From a virus: a stretch of DNA of 64,000 bases. The translations under genes and the position numbers were made by a program. The DNA is taken from IMG/VR virus record IMGVR_UViG_3300028558_000024, positions 13,098-77,097 of that record; one strand, given 5' to 3'. The notes below the pieces were generated by a model, which was not told where the DNA came from, did not search any database, and saw only the letters and a program-made list of their open reading frames with translations. How positions within the stretch are numbered: position 1 is the stretch's first letter; each line of letters starts with the position of its first letter. Shown piece by piece: positions 1 to 9,996 of the stretch.

Positions 1-154
1 ATGAAATCTGCGAAGAAAATGACTTTTCAATTCTAATGCACAGAGAGCACGACGGCGCCGATCTACTCTGTGAACCCGATCAAGACGATTGCGAGGAATG
101 GCTAAAGCAGCTTGTTATCGCGATGGAAATTGTTGACATTCAGAAGGATAAACC

Positions 155-481
155 ATGAGCTATGACGACATCGAAAGACGCGAAGAAGTGCTTGAAAAGT
201 ATTCGAAAAACATGGAGGGGCATCAATTCACCTATGTTCAGCATGACAATGCAACATTGACTCAGGTTTGCACACAATGCTGGGCGGTTAAAGGAACTCA
301 CTCGGCTTGGGCGATGTGCTCAAAGAAGAATGTTTGGCCCGAACTTCGATACAAAGCAGCGCTTAGAGAACTTGAGGGGCTGAGGGCGAAGCGATCAGAA
401 ATCAATGCCGAGATTCACGAAAAGCTAATGGAAATCGACCAACACAAACGGGAAATGGAGGCGTTGAAAGTTGAAGAGTAA
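155..481 (+). CDS. hypothetical phage protein with C-terminal coiled coil
   Basis: AAGGA RBS before ATG; tightly packed with neighbouring ORFs. Confidence 0.6.
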   Translation: MSYDDIERREEVLEKYSKNMEGHQFTYVQHDNATLTQVCTQCWAVKGTHSAWAMCSKKNVWPELRYKAALRELEGLRAKRSEINAEIHEKLMEIDQHKREMEALKVEE

Positions 482-671
482 GAAACCAGAATGGAAAACA
501 AAAACAACCATCAATAACGCTATGGCTCGCAATGAAGAGACTCGGCAGCACTTGAAGGCTGAGTTGTGGAAAGTGATTGAAGAAAAGACCCGTGATACGG
601 ACGCGGAAACAATGAACGACCTTTCTGATGCGTTGGCATGGCGTGTTATGAGCTATTTCGGCTATATGTAA
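471..671 (+). CDS. hypothetical protein
   Basis: overlaps upstream stop; GGAGG upstream of TTG start. Confidence 0.5.
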   Translation: MKSKKPEWKTKTTINNAMARNEETRQHLKAELWKVIEEKTRDTDAETMNDLSDALAWRVMSYFGYM

Positions 672-682
672 GGAGAGAAAAA

Positions 683-958
683 ATGACACTACAACTCAAC
701 CCAGCTAAAGAAAACATCCCCCTGTCTGCTAGAGAAACTTTGGAATTTCTTGAAAAACAGGGGTTTAAAGTTGAGCTTGAATATTGCAGGGAAAGCGCAT
801 ACAGCGCAACAATCAAAGACAAAAACGGAGCTTGTCTTGCAACAGCCGGCGGGGCAAAAATTGGGAAAGCAATCTCGTCGGCTTACGGATCGTTTGTGAG
901 AACTGCAGCTTATCAGGCGAATTGGGCCGGTCCACAAAAAGGGAAGGTGATTGGGTGA
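683..958 (+). CDS. hypothetical protein
   Basis: AAGGAG RBS, ATG at 683. Confidence 0.6.
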   Translation: MTLQLNPAKENIPLSARETLEFLEKQGFKVELEYCRESAYSATIKDKNGACLATAGGAKIGKAISSAYGSFVRTAAYQANWAGPQKGKVIG

Positions 959-1599
959 TTTCTTGCCATTTGATTGTTGGCGATTATAGGCTTTCGGGTA
1001 ATATCGAAAATGATACTGAATGCTCCGTGAACATTTTTGATTTTGAGACTTATCCTATGTCGGCAGCAGTGGCGGCAGTTTGCTGCGAGAAATTCAACAA
1101 GATAATTGATGAAGGGCCCGAGCGTGAGATCTCTCTTTTCTTTCCCAGGAAAAGACAAAAGCAGACCTTTCATGGAAGGCTATTGATAGCTTGTTTGCCG
1201 GATGCAAAAAGCCACCAAGGCGATCAAAAATTGCGTGTTAGGTTTCGGGTCGACAAATTTATCGCGCATACGGTTTGAGGTTGAGATGTTCACGCAAGAA
1301 GAAATCATTCTCCTTAACGGGCTGCTTTGTCATCCAAATCGCGGATGGCATCACGCGCACGAAATCATGTATGAGGTGCTGTGCTTGGAGAAAACAGACC
1401 ACTACCGAGCAATAGCCCGAGTGAAGATTGGCGCAATTACAAAAAAAGATCCGAATCTGATTGAAGCTAAGACTCAAGAAGGACCGTGGCGAGTAAACCG
1501 CAAATATCTTCTTGATTCGTATTTGCAGCGGCCAGTGGCTAACGATAAACCAAAAACAGAGTCTAGTTATGTAGAACAACTTGAAGCGGCGGGGATGAT

Positions 1600-1875
1600 A
1601 TGACCAACGAAGAAGAAAAAGCAATGAGAATGAACCAATACCGCCACTTCAAAACTGTTGAAGAGTTTGAGGATTTTGCATGGGGCGAATGGCACCGGTT
1701 GCGGTCTGTTCTGCTGAAACCAAAAGAAGAACTGTCGAACTGCGGGAAAAGATACTTGATGGCTCAACTGAATATGGTCGAGTATTTCCTTGGCGCTGAT
1801 TCAAGCTGTGAGCAGTGGCCTTATGAAAAAATTGCCAAATCAATTCGGTGCGTGAAAGGTAGGAAGGTGTATTGA
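1600..1875 (+). CDS. hypothetical protein
   Basis: ATGA overlap with upstream ORF. Confidence 0.55.
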   Translation: MTNEEEKAMRMNQYRHFKTVEEFEDFAWGEWHRLRSVLLKPKEELSNCGKRYLMAQLNMVEYFLGADSSCEQWPYEKIAKSIRCVKGRKVY

Positions 1876-1876
1876 T

Positions 1877-2182
1877 ATGAATAACGACCTTCGAAAGAAA
1901 CGAATTGAAGAGATAAAAGGGCGACTAGATCGAGTTGAGTGCAATGCCGCAGTGAATGCTTTCCCTGTCGGTGACATGAAGTGGACAATCCAAGAATTAC
2001 GGTGGCTGCTCGGCTTAACTGAACGCTTTGAAAAAATCCGTGAAACCTTCCGGCACATTCAAACAAATTGCGGCTCCGATCTTTGCAGCGGTCACGATGT
2101 TTGCTGCGAAGACTGCCCGGACGATAGGTTTACTGATGCGCTAGAGGAATATTTGCTTTACATGGAAGGGGCTGAAGGATGA
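1877..2182 (+). CDS. hypothetical Cys-rich protein
   Basis: operon packing. Confidence 0.55.
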   Translation: MNNDLRKKRIEEIKGRLDRVECNAAVNAFPVGDMKWTIQELRWLLGLTERFEKIRETFRHIQTNCGSDLCSGHDVCCEDCPDDRFTDALEEYLLYMEGAEG

Positions 2183-2487
2183 GCTACTTATCGGAAATTG
2201 TCGTCATCTGCGACAACGGTCACGCTTACAATGACCTCAACAACGTCGAGCTTATTTATCAGTGGCTTCAACAGCAAGAACACTACGTTGAACACGTGAG
2301 TATGCAGAAGAATGACGGAGATTTGGCGATTTCCTATTTCTTCGGAAGAATCAACAATCTCGACACTGATGCACTAATTGAGTACATCAAAAGCCTGCCG
2401 CGATGGTCGGATCAGTTATCGGTGCTAGTCAATAAAGACGGCGGGCATGTTGAGCAAGTGATTGGGTACCACAAACGAAATGACTGA
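2179..2487 (+). CDS. hypothetical protein
   Basis: ATGA overlap; GAAGG RBS. Confidence 0.6.
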   Translation: MSYLSEIVVICDNGHAYNDLNNVELIYQWLQQQEHYVEHVSMQKNDGDLAISYFFGRINNLDTDALIEYIKSLPRWSDQLSVLVNKDGGHVEQVIGYHKRND

Positions 2488-2914
2488 GAAGAAACAAATG
2501 AACGAGTGTATTTGCACTGCAATGGACGGCAGAGGAAGAAGCCCTTGCGGCGTTCGATGCCCTGCACACCCATTAACGAAAATGTGTATTGACTGCAAAG
2601 AGAAGGAAATTAGCGACTCACCCGATAGGTGTTGGCCATGCCAATCAAAATGGAACGACGCAAACCGTCCGAAATCTTGCAAGCACATAAACAAGGCTTA
2701 CGTCTCAATAATCGACTCGTTCCACGCTTTAGAAAGAATGGCGACAAGCCTTAATCCAGACCCGATCATCTCAAAACGAGTCAAGTTCGAAGTCGCACCT
2801 GGTCAAACTAAAGAAGAATACGATGAGCAAGCAAAGAAGCTCAGAGAGGTTTGGCATTGGGTAATTGAAAAAATGCATGTCGAGTACAAACATCACAATT
2901 GGTTTGAGGAATAA
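2462..2914 (+). CDS. hypothetical Zn-finger-like protein (start uncertain)
   Basis: several CxxC/CxC motifs; TAATG coupling to next gene. Confidence 0.5.
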   Translation: MGTTNEMTEKKQMNECICTAMDGRGRSPCGVRCPAHPLTKMCIDCKEKEISDSPDRCWPCQSKWNDANRPKSCKHINKAYVSIIDSFHALERMATSLNPDPIISKRVKFEVAPGQTKEEYDEQAKKLREVWHWVIEKMHVEYKHHNWFEE

Positions 2915-3333
2915 TGGGAACGAATTATTACTTACTGAAAGACGTTTGCAAGCATTGCGGCCGTGGCGATGACAAAATCCACTTGGGAAAATGTTCTTCC
3001 GGCTGGGCGTTCACCTTTCGTGGCTACAGAGAAAACGATCCGAATAATGGAATTGATGGCGTGAAAGTCGAATGCATTGAAGACTGGCTCAACCTGATTA
3101 GACACACTCCGAATTCAAAGATCGTTGATGAATACGGCAGAGAAGAAAACCAAGAAGACTTCATAACATCGGCTGTATATCACGGCTTTAACTACGAAAA
3201 GCGAACTGGACGAAAGGCGCTTCAACACGCCGAATATTCTCACAACCAGAAAGACCCGATGTTTAGGCGCCATGCGCTAGAAACAGATGAAATGATCGGC
3301 GGTCACAGTTTTACTTTTGTGGAGTTCAGCTAA
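2914..3333 (+). CDS. conserved phage hypothetical protein (MGTNYY...CxxCG...HLGKxSxGW type)
   Basis: N-terminal motif pattern recalled from phage hypotheticals; GAGG RBS. Confidence 0.6.
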   Translation: MGTNYYLLKDVCKHCGRGDDKIHLGKCSSGWAFTFRGYRENDPNNGIDGVKVECIEDWLNLIRHTPNSKIVDEYGREENQEDFITSAVYHGFNYEKRTGRKALQHAEYSHNQKDPMFRRHALETDEMIGGHSFTFVEFS

Positions 3334-3624
3334 TGCCTTGTAAATCAGTCTGTAAAACCTGCAATGGAATCGGACAGTTTATTTGCGAGTGCAACATTTG
3401 CACGAATGAAATTTTTGCCGATGAAAAGACACCACATGACGGACCATGCACGGATTGCAAAGGAACGGGATACGAGAAAGAATGAGCATGTTTGACTACG
3501 CCTGCTCGGAATGCAAATTCTGCACATTCCACTGTAAATGTGATGAAACTGGTGAATGGATTAAATATCCAGATGAAGAACCTTGCCCCGATTGTGACGA
3601 CGAAGCGGAGAAGCATTTGCACTA

Positions 3625-4179
3625 ATGGTTAGAGTCTCAGCCGGTCCCGATTCAAAACAGGACTACCAAACCGATCCGAAATTCATTGAAGCAGCCGAAG
3701 CCAGATTCGGGCCGATCAGCTTTGATTTGGCTGCGCATAGCTTCAACACTCAACACGAGAAATACTTTTGTGCCCCTGAGCTCCGGTTTGAAAATCCTCT
3801 CGCCTATGGCGTCGATGCCTTCGCACATGACTGGGGCGAACTCAGCCAAACCCTGAAAGCTGGCACTCTCATGTGGCTAAATTGCGAGTTCAACGACTGC
3901 GACAGTTGGGCCTACAAGTGCCGACAATCAGCCCCATATCTAAAACACGGAGTAAGAATCGGACTACTGACCCCGGCGGCCGTCGGGGCAAAATGGTACA
4001 TTGAAAATGTCCACCAAAGAGGCTACAACACCATTCTGGACGGCCGGTTGACCTTCGTCGGACAAGAACACCCATTCCCCAAAGACTGCCAATTCACAAT
4101 TTATTCACGCGACGACATGAAAGGCTATGAGATTTGGCCGTGGCGCGATGAGCTTTTAAAGCGGAAGCAATTGTGTTAG
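3625..4179 (+). CDS. phage Dam-like N6-adenine DNA methyltransferase with atypical motif IV (NCEF)
   Basis: QT-P...DLAA...N...YF...DAF..DW...WLN and late GRLTF...PFP match the phage Dam family layout; NPPY position reads NCEF. Confidence 0.7.
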   Translation: MVRVSAGPDSKQDYQTDPKFIEAAEARFGPISFDLAAHSFNTQHEKYFCAPELRFENPLAYGVDAFAHDWGELSQTLKAGTLMWLNCEFNDCDSWAYKCRQSAPYLKHGVRIGLLTPAAVGAKWYIENVHQRGYNTILDGRLTFVGQEHPFPKDCQFTIYSRDDMKGYEIWPWRDELLKRKQLC

Positions 4180-4359
4180 AGAATAGACCTTAGTCAATAT
4201 ACATGAGACTTTCGGCAGAAAGCATGGACAGAACACCGAGAACCGCATATATAGCGGGATACCGGACGAAAAACTTTTAGTAGCGCTTTTTTAAAAAGCC
4301 GTTTACGATCATAAAACTAAAAGATTAGCCGAATAACCCCCAAACTTTGTCCCGCGCCA

Positions 4360-6822
4360 ATGTCACGACGCGGAAGGAAACTTGTGTCGAAAGCTGCCGA
4401 GATTGCCCTTTTCTATACACCTGATGCTGAGATAGATTCGGAAGGCAATTACAAAATCAACTGTCCCAACCCTGGACACCCCGACAATAATCCCAGCTGC
4501 ATAGTAAAGGACCGCGACAACGGCGGTGTCGCTGTTTGGTGTTTCGTCTGCCGAGATTCCCCGGCCATTCTTGCTGGTATGAAAGCTGATGGAATTTATG
4601 GAGCGCCCAAAGACCAGGGTGCAACAAGAAGAAAGATGTCGCCAAATAATCCTGCACCTATAGCGGCTCCGGTGGCACAAAAGAAAAAGAAGGAAATAAA
4701 GTATCGCGATGAACTTCCCCAAAACCACGAAGGCAGTTTTGAATATAAGCGGAAAGGCGAAATCGCCTATGTAAAACAGCGCTATACAATCAAGGGCGAG
4801 AGAGTCTTTGGTTATTGGACCTTCGACAAAGAGAAGAATCAGTGGAAAAACACCCGAGAAGGTGTCGAGCCTATTATTTGGCAAATCGACAAAATTGAAG
4901 AAGCTGCAGCCCAGCAAGAACCGATCTTCATAGTTGAAGGCGAAAAGGATGTTCTAACAATTGAAAGAATCTCCGAAGGTGTCTTGTTTGCAACAACAAG
5001 CGACACGTCAAGTTTCTGGCCTGAACAGCACACTGAAGCCCTAAAGGGTGCATCTTGTGTTTACATCATTCCAGACAATGACAAAGCCGGTGAAAAACAC
5101 CTAAATGTTGTCGGCGCAAAACTTGTTGAGGCTGGATTTGAGACGAAAGTCATTAGACTGCCTGGCGTCAAAGACAAGGGTGATATTACAGACTGGATAG
5201 AAGAGAACGGCAAAACCTTTGAAGATCTTGTCTATGCAATGGAGGCGGCGACGCCTTTTGAACTGCCGCAAGCGGTGGAAGAACCTCAATTGAACTTCGC
5301 GTCACTAGAAACATCCGCTAAAGAAAAGCTACCACCAATAACTAAAGATGAACTCCGGGCGAAAAGAGAACAAAAACGAAACGGCGGACTAGATCTGCTG
5401 GACCTCGGAGATTCGCCGGCGGGCGACATCGCAAACGGGAAAAGGCTAATTCGTTTTGCCGACGGGAATCTCAAATGGGCGACCGAGGGCATTTGGTGTC
5501 GATACCAAGACGGCATCTGGCGGCAAACTGATGACAGGCAGGTTGAAGTGAGTGGAATGGCTCAGCAAGTAATGCCGCTTATAACAAAGGAAGCCGAAGC
5601 CTTAGAAGGCATTGCCGATCATGCGCTGCAAAAAGAAATGGTGAAATGGGCCAAGGAATGCAACACGCATTTGGTTCGAGTTAAAGCCATGGTCGAAGCC
5701 GCGAAACCTCATGCTATGTGCTCGATTAAGGATTTCGACAATGAGAAACATATCGTCAACCTCAAAAATGTGCTGGTTGATCTAAGAACCGGAAAGGCGA
5801 TGCCGCACGACAGAGCGCGGATGAATATGAAGCAGATCGGCATTAATTACAATCCGAATGCTGATTCTCCGGATTGGCGCGAATTCATTGAGCAAATTAC
5901 CAACGGTGATTATGAAAAAGCTGCTTTCATTCAAAAGATGGCCGGATATTCATTAACCGGCGAAACCAAAGAGCAAAAGGCGATATTTCTGCACGGGCCG
6001 GGCGGGAACGGTAAAGGCATCCTGGTCAATACCTTGCTTAAGGTCAATCAGGGGTACGGTACGATGGCGCGGAAAGAGATGTTTATGCAAACGCATTTGA
6101 AAGACCATTCGGATAATGCGTCGGTACTGCTGGGCAAGCGATTCGTCTCCATTAGTGAAATTGAACAGAAAGACAGGATCAATCAAGGCTTCTTTAAAGA
6201 CGTGACCGGAGGCGACAGGGTTCGTGGCCGGTTGATGCGCTGTGAATCGTTTGAGTATTTCCCTGAAGCGAAGTTATGGTTCTCGACCAACTTCCTGCCT
6301 GGAATCGACGATTCTTCGGAATCGGTCTGGAGAAGAATTCTTGTTGTGAACCTTGATCAAATCTTCGACAATCCAGATGTAAATTTAGCCGATCGCCTAT
6401 CCACTCCCGAAAACCTTGAGGGTATTTTGAAATGGATAATTGATGGTGCGGGAGCCTGGTACAGAGAAGGTCTATGTCCGCCACGAATAATTATTGATGA
6501 CACCAAAGCATATAGAGGCGATCAAGATCGACTCGGTAATTATTTGGCTGAGTGTGTCGAATTCGGGCCTTATGAATGCACAACCAAGGATTTCTTTGAA
6601 GATTGGTCCATTTACTGTAAGGCGGGTAATTTCCATCCCGGACAACTCATGCCTTTCGGCAAGAATTTAAAGAACCGCGTTTTGCGTGAGAAATTGGCAG
6701 TTGAGCCAAAAAAATGGACTAATGGGAATGGTTTCTCTGGGATGATTCCGACTCGAGTCAAAGAAAGAGAAGCCAGTGGGAACTATTTGGGCAAGCGCAC
6801 AGAGAAAGAAGACGAAGATTAG
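4360..6822 (+). CDS. primase-helicase: Zn-binding + TOPRIM + P4/D5 SF3 helicase + C-terminal winged helix
   Basis: CP..H.D..PS..C..C; IVEGEKD and PDNDKAG (TOPRIM); GPGGNGKG Walker A; TGGD and STNFLP SF3 motifs. Confidence 0.92.
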   Translation: MSRRGRKLVSKAAEIALFYTPDAEIDSEGNYKINCPNPGHPDNNPSCIVKDRDNGGVAVWCFVCRDSPAILAGMKADGIYGAPKDQGATRRKMSPNNPAPIAAPVAQKKKKEIKYRDELPQNHEGSFEYKRKGEIAYVKQRYTIKGERVFGYWTFDKEKNQWKNTREGVEPIIWQIDKIEEAAAQQEPIFIVEGEKDVLTIERISEGVLFATTSDTSSFWPEQHTEALKGASCVYIIPDNDKAGEKHLNVVGAKLVEAGFETKVIRLPGVKDKGDITDWIEENGKTFEDLVYAMEAATPFELPQAVEEPQLNFASLETSAKEKLPPITKDELRAKREQKRNGGLDLLDLGDSPAGDIANGKRLIRFADGNLKWATEGIWCRYQDGIWRQTDDRQVEVSGMAQQVMPLITKEAEALEGIADHALQKEMVKWAKECNTHLVRVKAMVEAAKPHAMCSIKDFDNEKHIVNLKNVLVDLRTGKAMPHDRARMNMKQIGINYNPNADSPDWREFIEQITNGDYEKAAFIQKMAGYSLTGETKEQKAIFLHGPGGNGKGILVNTLLKVNQGYGTMARKEMFMQTHLKDHSDNASVLLGKRFVSISEIEQKDRINQGFFKDVTGGDRVRGRLMRCESFEYFPEAKLWFSTNFLPGIDDSSESVWRRILVVNLDQIFDNPDVNLADRLSTPENLEGILKWIIDGAGAWYREGLCPPRIIIDDTKAYRGDQDRLGNYLAECVEFGPYECTTKDFFEDWSIYCKAGNFHPGQLMPFGKNLKNRVLREKLAVEPKKWTNGNGFSGMIPTRVKEREASGNYLGKRTEKEDED

Positions 6823-6865
6823 TTTTGCCGCTTGAGTTGAATGAAATTACGCTGCTCTTAATTCC

Positions 6866-7414
6866 ATGAGAGCCGTAAAAATGTCATTTGATTACAAATC
6901 AGACCCCCGCTTTGAAAAACTCGTCGGCTATGTGCTGAAAAGCGAAGGCGGATTTGTTAATGACCCGCACGACAAAGGCGGGCCAACCAAGTGCGGCATC
7001 GCTCTTAACTTCAACAATCTAATTTGCCGGCAATTCGGTATCGTCGACGCTAATACAATGCGCGACATAATGACGCCTGAAATTGCCAAGAAAATCTATT
7101 TCCACAAATACTGGACATCAGTCGGCTGTGAAAGAATTGCGTCAGATCGGCTGGCATATATCCATTTTGATTGTGCCGTAAATTGTGGCGTTGGCGCTGC
7201 ATCATCGGTCCTGATTCATTTGACCAATGGAAACAAATTGCCTTATTTCGAGGCTGAAGGCAAAAACGCTGCATTGTGGGAACAAGCGTTCAAAGAATAT
7301 GACGAGGCCCGGCGAAGATATTACAATCGATGCCGCGACAAAGACCGCTACCTGAAAGGCTGGTTGAATCGGTTGGCATTTGTTGAGAAAGTTGCCAAAA
7401 CGTTGCCGGATTAA
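6866..7414 (+). CDS. glycoside hydrolase family 108 lysozyme (endolysin)
   Basis: EGGFVNDPHDKGGPTKCGI; FDCAVNCG; C-terminal GWLNR. Confidence 0.9.
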   Translation: MRAVKMSFDYKSDPRFEKLVGYVLKSEGGFVNDPHDKGGPTKCGIALNFNNLICRQFGIVDANTMRDIMTPEIAKKIYFHKYWTSVGCERIASDRLAYIHFDCAVNCGVGAASSVLIHLTNGNKLPYFEAEGKNAALWEQAFKEYDEARRRYYNRCRDKDRYLKGWLNRLAFVEKVAKTLPD

Positions 7415-7614
7415 CCGGCAACCTGCAACATGGAAGCGGCGAAAGCTTCATGATCAAACTTAGGCTTAAGCGGGCTTAGTGTGCTGAGAGCAAATTCGAC
7501 AAGTTCGTCTTCTGTCCACAAATACGGGCGAGACAAGGGGCTCAAAACAGATATTGCCTGCCTTGTAATGGCGGCGATTTGCTTCTTCTGTTCGGCTGAA
7601 AGTTCATTGTTCAT
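7411..7614 (-). CDS. hypothetical protein
   Basis: last gene of minus-strand block, converges on lysozyme. Confidence 0.45.
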   Translation of the reverse strand: MNNELSAEQKKQIAAITRQAISVLSPLSRPYLWTEDELVEFALSTLSPLKPKFDHEAFAASMLQVAG

Positions 7615-7894
7615 CTAGCTATTCTACTACGACAACAAGGCCTGTAAATCCGACGCCAAAGACAACAAAGGCCCATCGACTGGACGACGATTTTTTAAAA
7701 TGTGCCGCCGATTACGACGAATCTCACATCCAGTCGCATCAACAAGAGAAGTATTGCGGTTGGAAATTGAGTGAACGTACAAAACAGTTTCGGAATCGAT
7801 TGAAATGCGATCCAGGAAACTATCGGCACAGCACGGACAAAGGCGTTTAACGAGAGTGCTCATATGCTGGTATTGTGCCCGGTGGCAGCCGGAT

Positions 7895-8185
7895 TTAGTC
7901 GTCAAAAATGGGATCTGCCATTCTTGCCACAATTGTCAAAATCGGGCCTTGTTCATCAACAAACGGATAGATTCCGTAGATTTCATAACCTCGGTCTTCC
8001 ATCTTGTTAAGGTCGGCTTTTAGCTGGTCACCGGGACGCGAATGATCGCAAGCCCAATACCACCGCTCTGTCTTGTAATAATCGGAGCCGTCAGTCGTTA
8101 ATTCGAAAACGCCTTGCTTGGCCAATGGCAGTTCCGTCATAGCGCGGCGGCGAGAAAACAATGAATCGTAGTCTGTATCTGGCAT
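7895..8185 (-). CDS. hypothetical protein
   Basis: AAGGAAGG RBS before ATG at 8185. Confidence 0.55.
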   Translation of the reverse strand: MPDTDYDSLFSRRRAMTELPLAKQGVFELTTDGSDYYKTERWYWACDHSRPGDQLKADLNKMEDRGYEIYGIYPFVDEQGPILTIVARMADPIFDD

Positions 8186-8189
8186 AGCC

Positions 8190-8726
8190 TTACCTTCCTT
8201 TTTGAGATTCGAAGAAACCGTCAAAGGCCTCTTTCATATACCGATAAACCAAAACCTCAAGATCGTCGACTGGATAGCCGGATTTCGACATGTCATCCAA
8301 TTGCTTAAGCTTAGATTTGAGGAAAGAACCAAACTGCGGCATTTTGTCGTCGAGCTCTAATTGGACGATCTTGACTTGCTTTGGAGACTTATTTACCTTA
8401 ATAAACCGCTTTTGTATTCCGATCCGATGTTGATGCTCGTGGCGAAATTTTGCGGACAAGGTGGCCTTTTGTAGCGAATCAACATGAAAGCGATATGAGA
8501 CACCCAAGCGGTCACGAATCTTTTCCTCGACAAGCGATGCAACAATCTTTCCAAAAAGCTGCATAGAAGGAATTTCAATTTCTTGCACGAGGCACCATTT
8601 TTCAAATCCTTTGAACAATTCGCCCGCACGCATCGTAATTGCAAGCCTACATTCCCGATTCGCCCGCCCATACTCGATTATGTAGATGTAGATCGCGCAA
8701 GTGCTGCAATCCGTTGTATTTTCCAT
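8190..8726 (-). CDS. stand-alone winged-helix protein resembling the P4/D5 primase C-terminal origin-binding domain
   Basis: ELFKGFEKWC....IPSMQLFGKIV...KIR..LGVSY pattern; GGAG RBS before ATG at 8726. Confidence 0.55.
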   Translation of the reverse strand: MENTTDCSTCAIYIYIIEYGRANRECRLAITMRAGELFKGFEKWCLVQEIEIPSMQLFGKIVASLVEEKIRDRLGVSYRFHVDSLQKATLSAKFRHEHQHRIGIQKRFIKVNKSPKQVKIVQLELDDKMPQFGSFLKSKLKQLDDMSKSGYPVDDLEVLVYRYMKEAFDGFFESQKGR

Positions 8727-8915
8727 TAATCCCAAACTCCGCAATGCCGTTGCTCTATGTAGGCTGTGACCATAACAAGATCGGTCATGTGCCTTCAACA
8801 TACATCAAGAACACGAAATGCAATCACTAAATAGACTCTCATTCTTCGCTGAATTTCAAAGGACAAAAAAGCATCAAATCGCTGAAATGCCCAAAGTTCG
8901 TTCGGCGACCAAGTC

Positions 8916-9196
8916 TGCCTCCATATGCCTCCATACCATTTGCTTAGTTAAAACACTGAACTGCGCCGACTCTTACTAAAATATGGAGGCATGGAGGCAG
9001 CTTTCTTTATCTCTGAAATACAAGTGTCTTGTATAAGTGTCTAGCCGTACTACTCTCTTTGTCTTCTTTTTCTTTTATTGTATAAATCAAGAAAATGCCT
9101 CCATTGCCTCCATTAAGTCTGAAAAAGCAACAAACACCATAGATTCGGGATGGAGGCAAAAATCAAATGCCTCCATTTTGCCTCCATTGCCTCCAC
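8916..9196. repeat. iteron array, 10 x TGCCTCCAT in both orientations; candidate replication origin
   Basis: + copies at 8916, 8926, 9096, 9105, 9168, 9179, 9188 (last TGCCTCCAC); - copies at 8983, 8991, 9150; AT-rich spacer 9001-9095. Confidence 0.8.
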
Positions 9197-9323
9197 AAGA
9201 ATTAAATGACTCGCAAGTCAGTTATGTAACCCTGTTGCATATACGTTTTTAATGAGTCTAAATCGCAATAAAAACAGGCGAGTCATCCCCGCCCGTGGTG
9301 ATTGGTAGTCGATTGGATATGCT

Positions 9324-9908
9324 TTAGGCGTTCCGCTTCGAAATCGCCAAGACCGTGTTGGGGCTGATGTGCAATTCAGCGGCGATCCAGCGGTAGCTGC
9401 GACCTTCCGAAATCAATTCCATCACGCGTTTGTCGTTGGTTGTCGTGGTTCCGCTTGGACGGCCGAGGGTTTTGCCTTTGCGCTTCGCTTCTTCGAGTCC
9501 CGACATTACGCGTTCGCGAATCAAATCCTTTTCAAATTCGGCGAAGGCACCCATAACCGTTGCAATCATCTTGCCTTGTGCGGTCGACAGATCGAACGTC
9601 ATGCCAGTTTGGGCAATCAAACTCACGCCAACCGATTGCAATGCGCTGAGCGTTTCAATTAGGTCGATTGTTGAGCGTCCCCAACGGGACATCTCTGTGA
9701 CGAGGACAACATCAATCTTTCTAGCTTGTGCAAGGTCCAATACTTTCTTGCGTTCTGCGCGGTCCCGCTTGCCGCCAGATGCCTTTTCAGTGTAGATGCC
9801 TATTACTTCATAGCCTGCCTTGGCTGCATATTGCTGTAGGTCTGCTATTTGGCGTGCGCAGTCCTGGTCTTTGGTTGAGACTCTGGCATAGATTGCTGCT
9901 TGTACCAA
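9324..9908 (-). CDS. small serine recombinase (resolvase/invertase) with C-terminal HTH
   Basis: YARVST catalytic Ser; EKASG; SRWGRS; AEFEKDLIRER; GRP hinge; HTH. Confidence 0.95.
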   Translation of the reverse strand: MVQAAIYARVSTKDQDCARQIADLQQYAAKAGYEVIGIYTEKASGGKRDRAERKKVLDLAQARKIDVVLVTEMSRWGRSTIDLIETLSALQSVGVSLIAQTGMTFDLSTAQGKMIATVMGAFAEFEKDLIRERVMSGLEEAKRKGKTLGRPSGTTTTNDKRVMELISEGRSYRWIAAELHISPNTVLAISKRNA

Positions 9909-9962
9909 TTAATCCCCCTCGACCTGTATGGCTGGTCATGCCCGTCCGTTGGTATGGATATA

Positions 9963-9996
9963 GTGTAACTCCAAAACAGATGTTTTATAGTTACAC
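9963..9996. promoter_or_regulatory. imperfect palindrome upstream of resolvase, candidate res/crossover site
   Basis: GTGTAACT-CC-AAAACA-GA-TGTTTT-AT-AGTTACAC with 2-nt centre. Confidence 0.55.

Noticed and set aside
8916-9196. CRISPR array
   Set aside because: Units are 9 nt, irregularly spaced and in both orientations; no cas genes.
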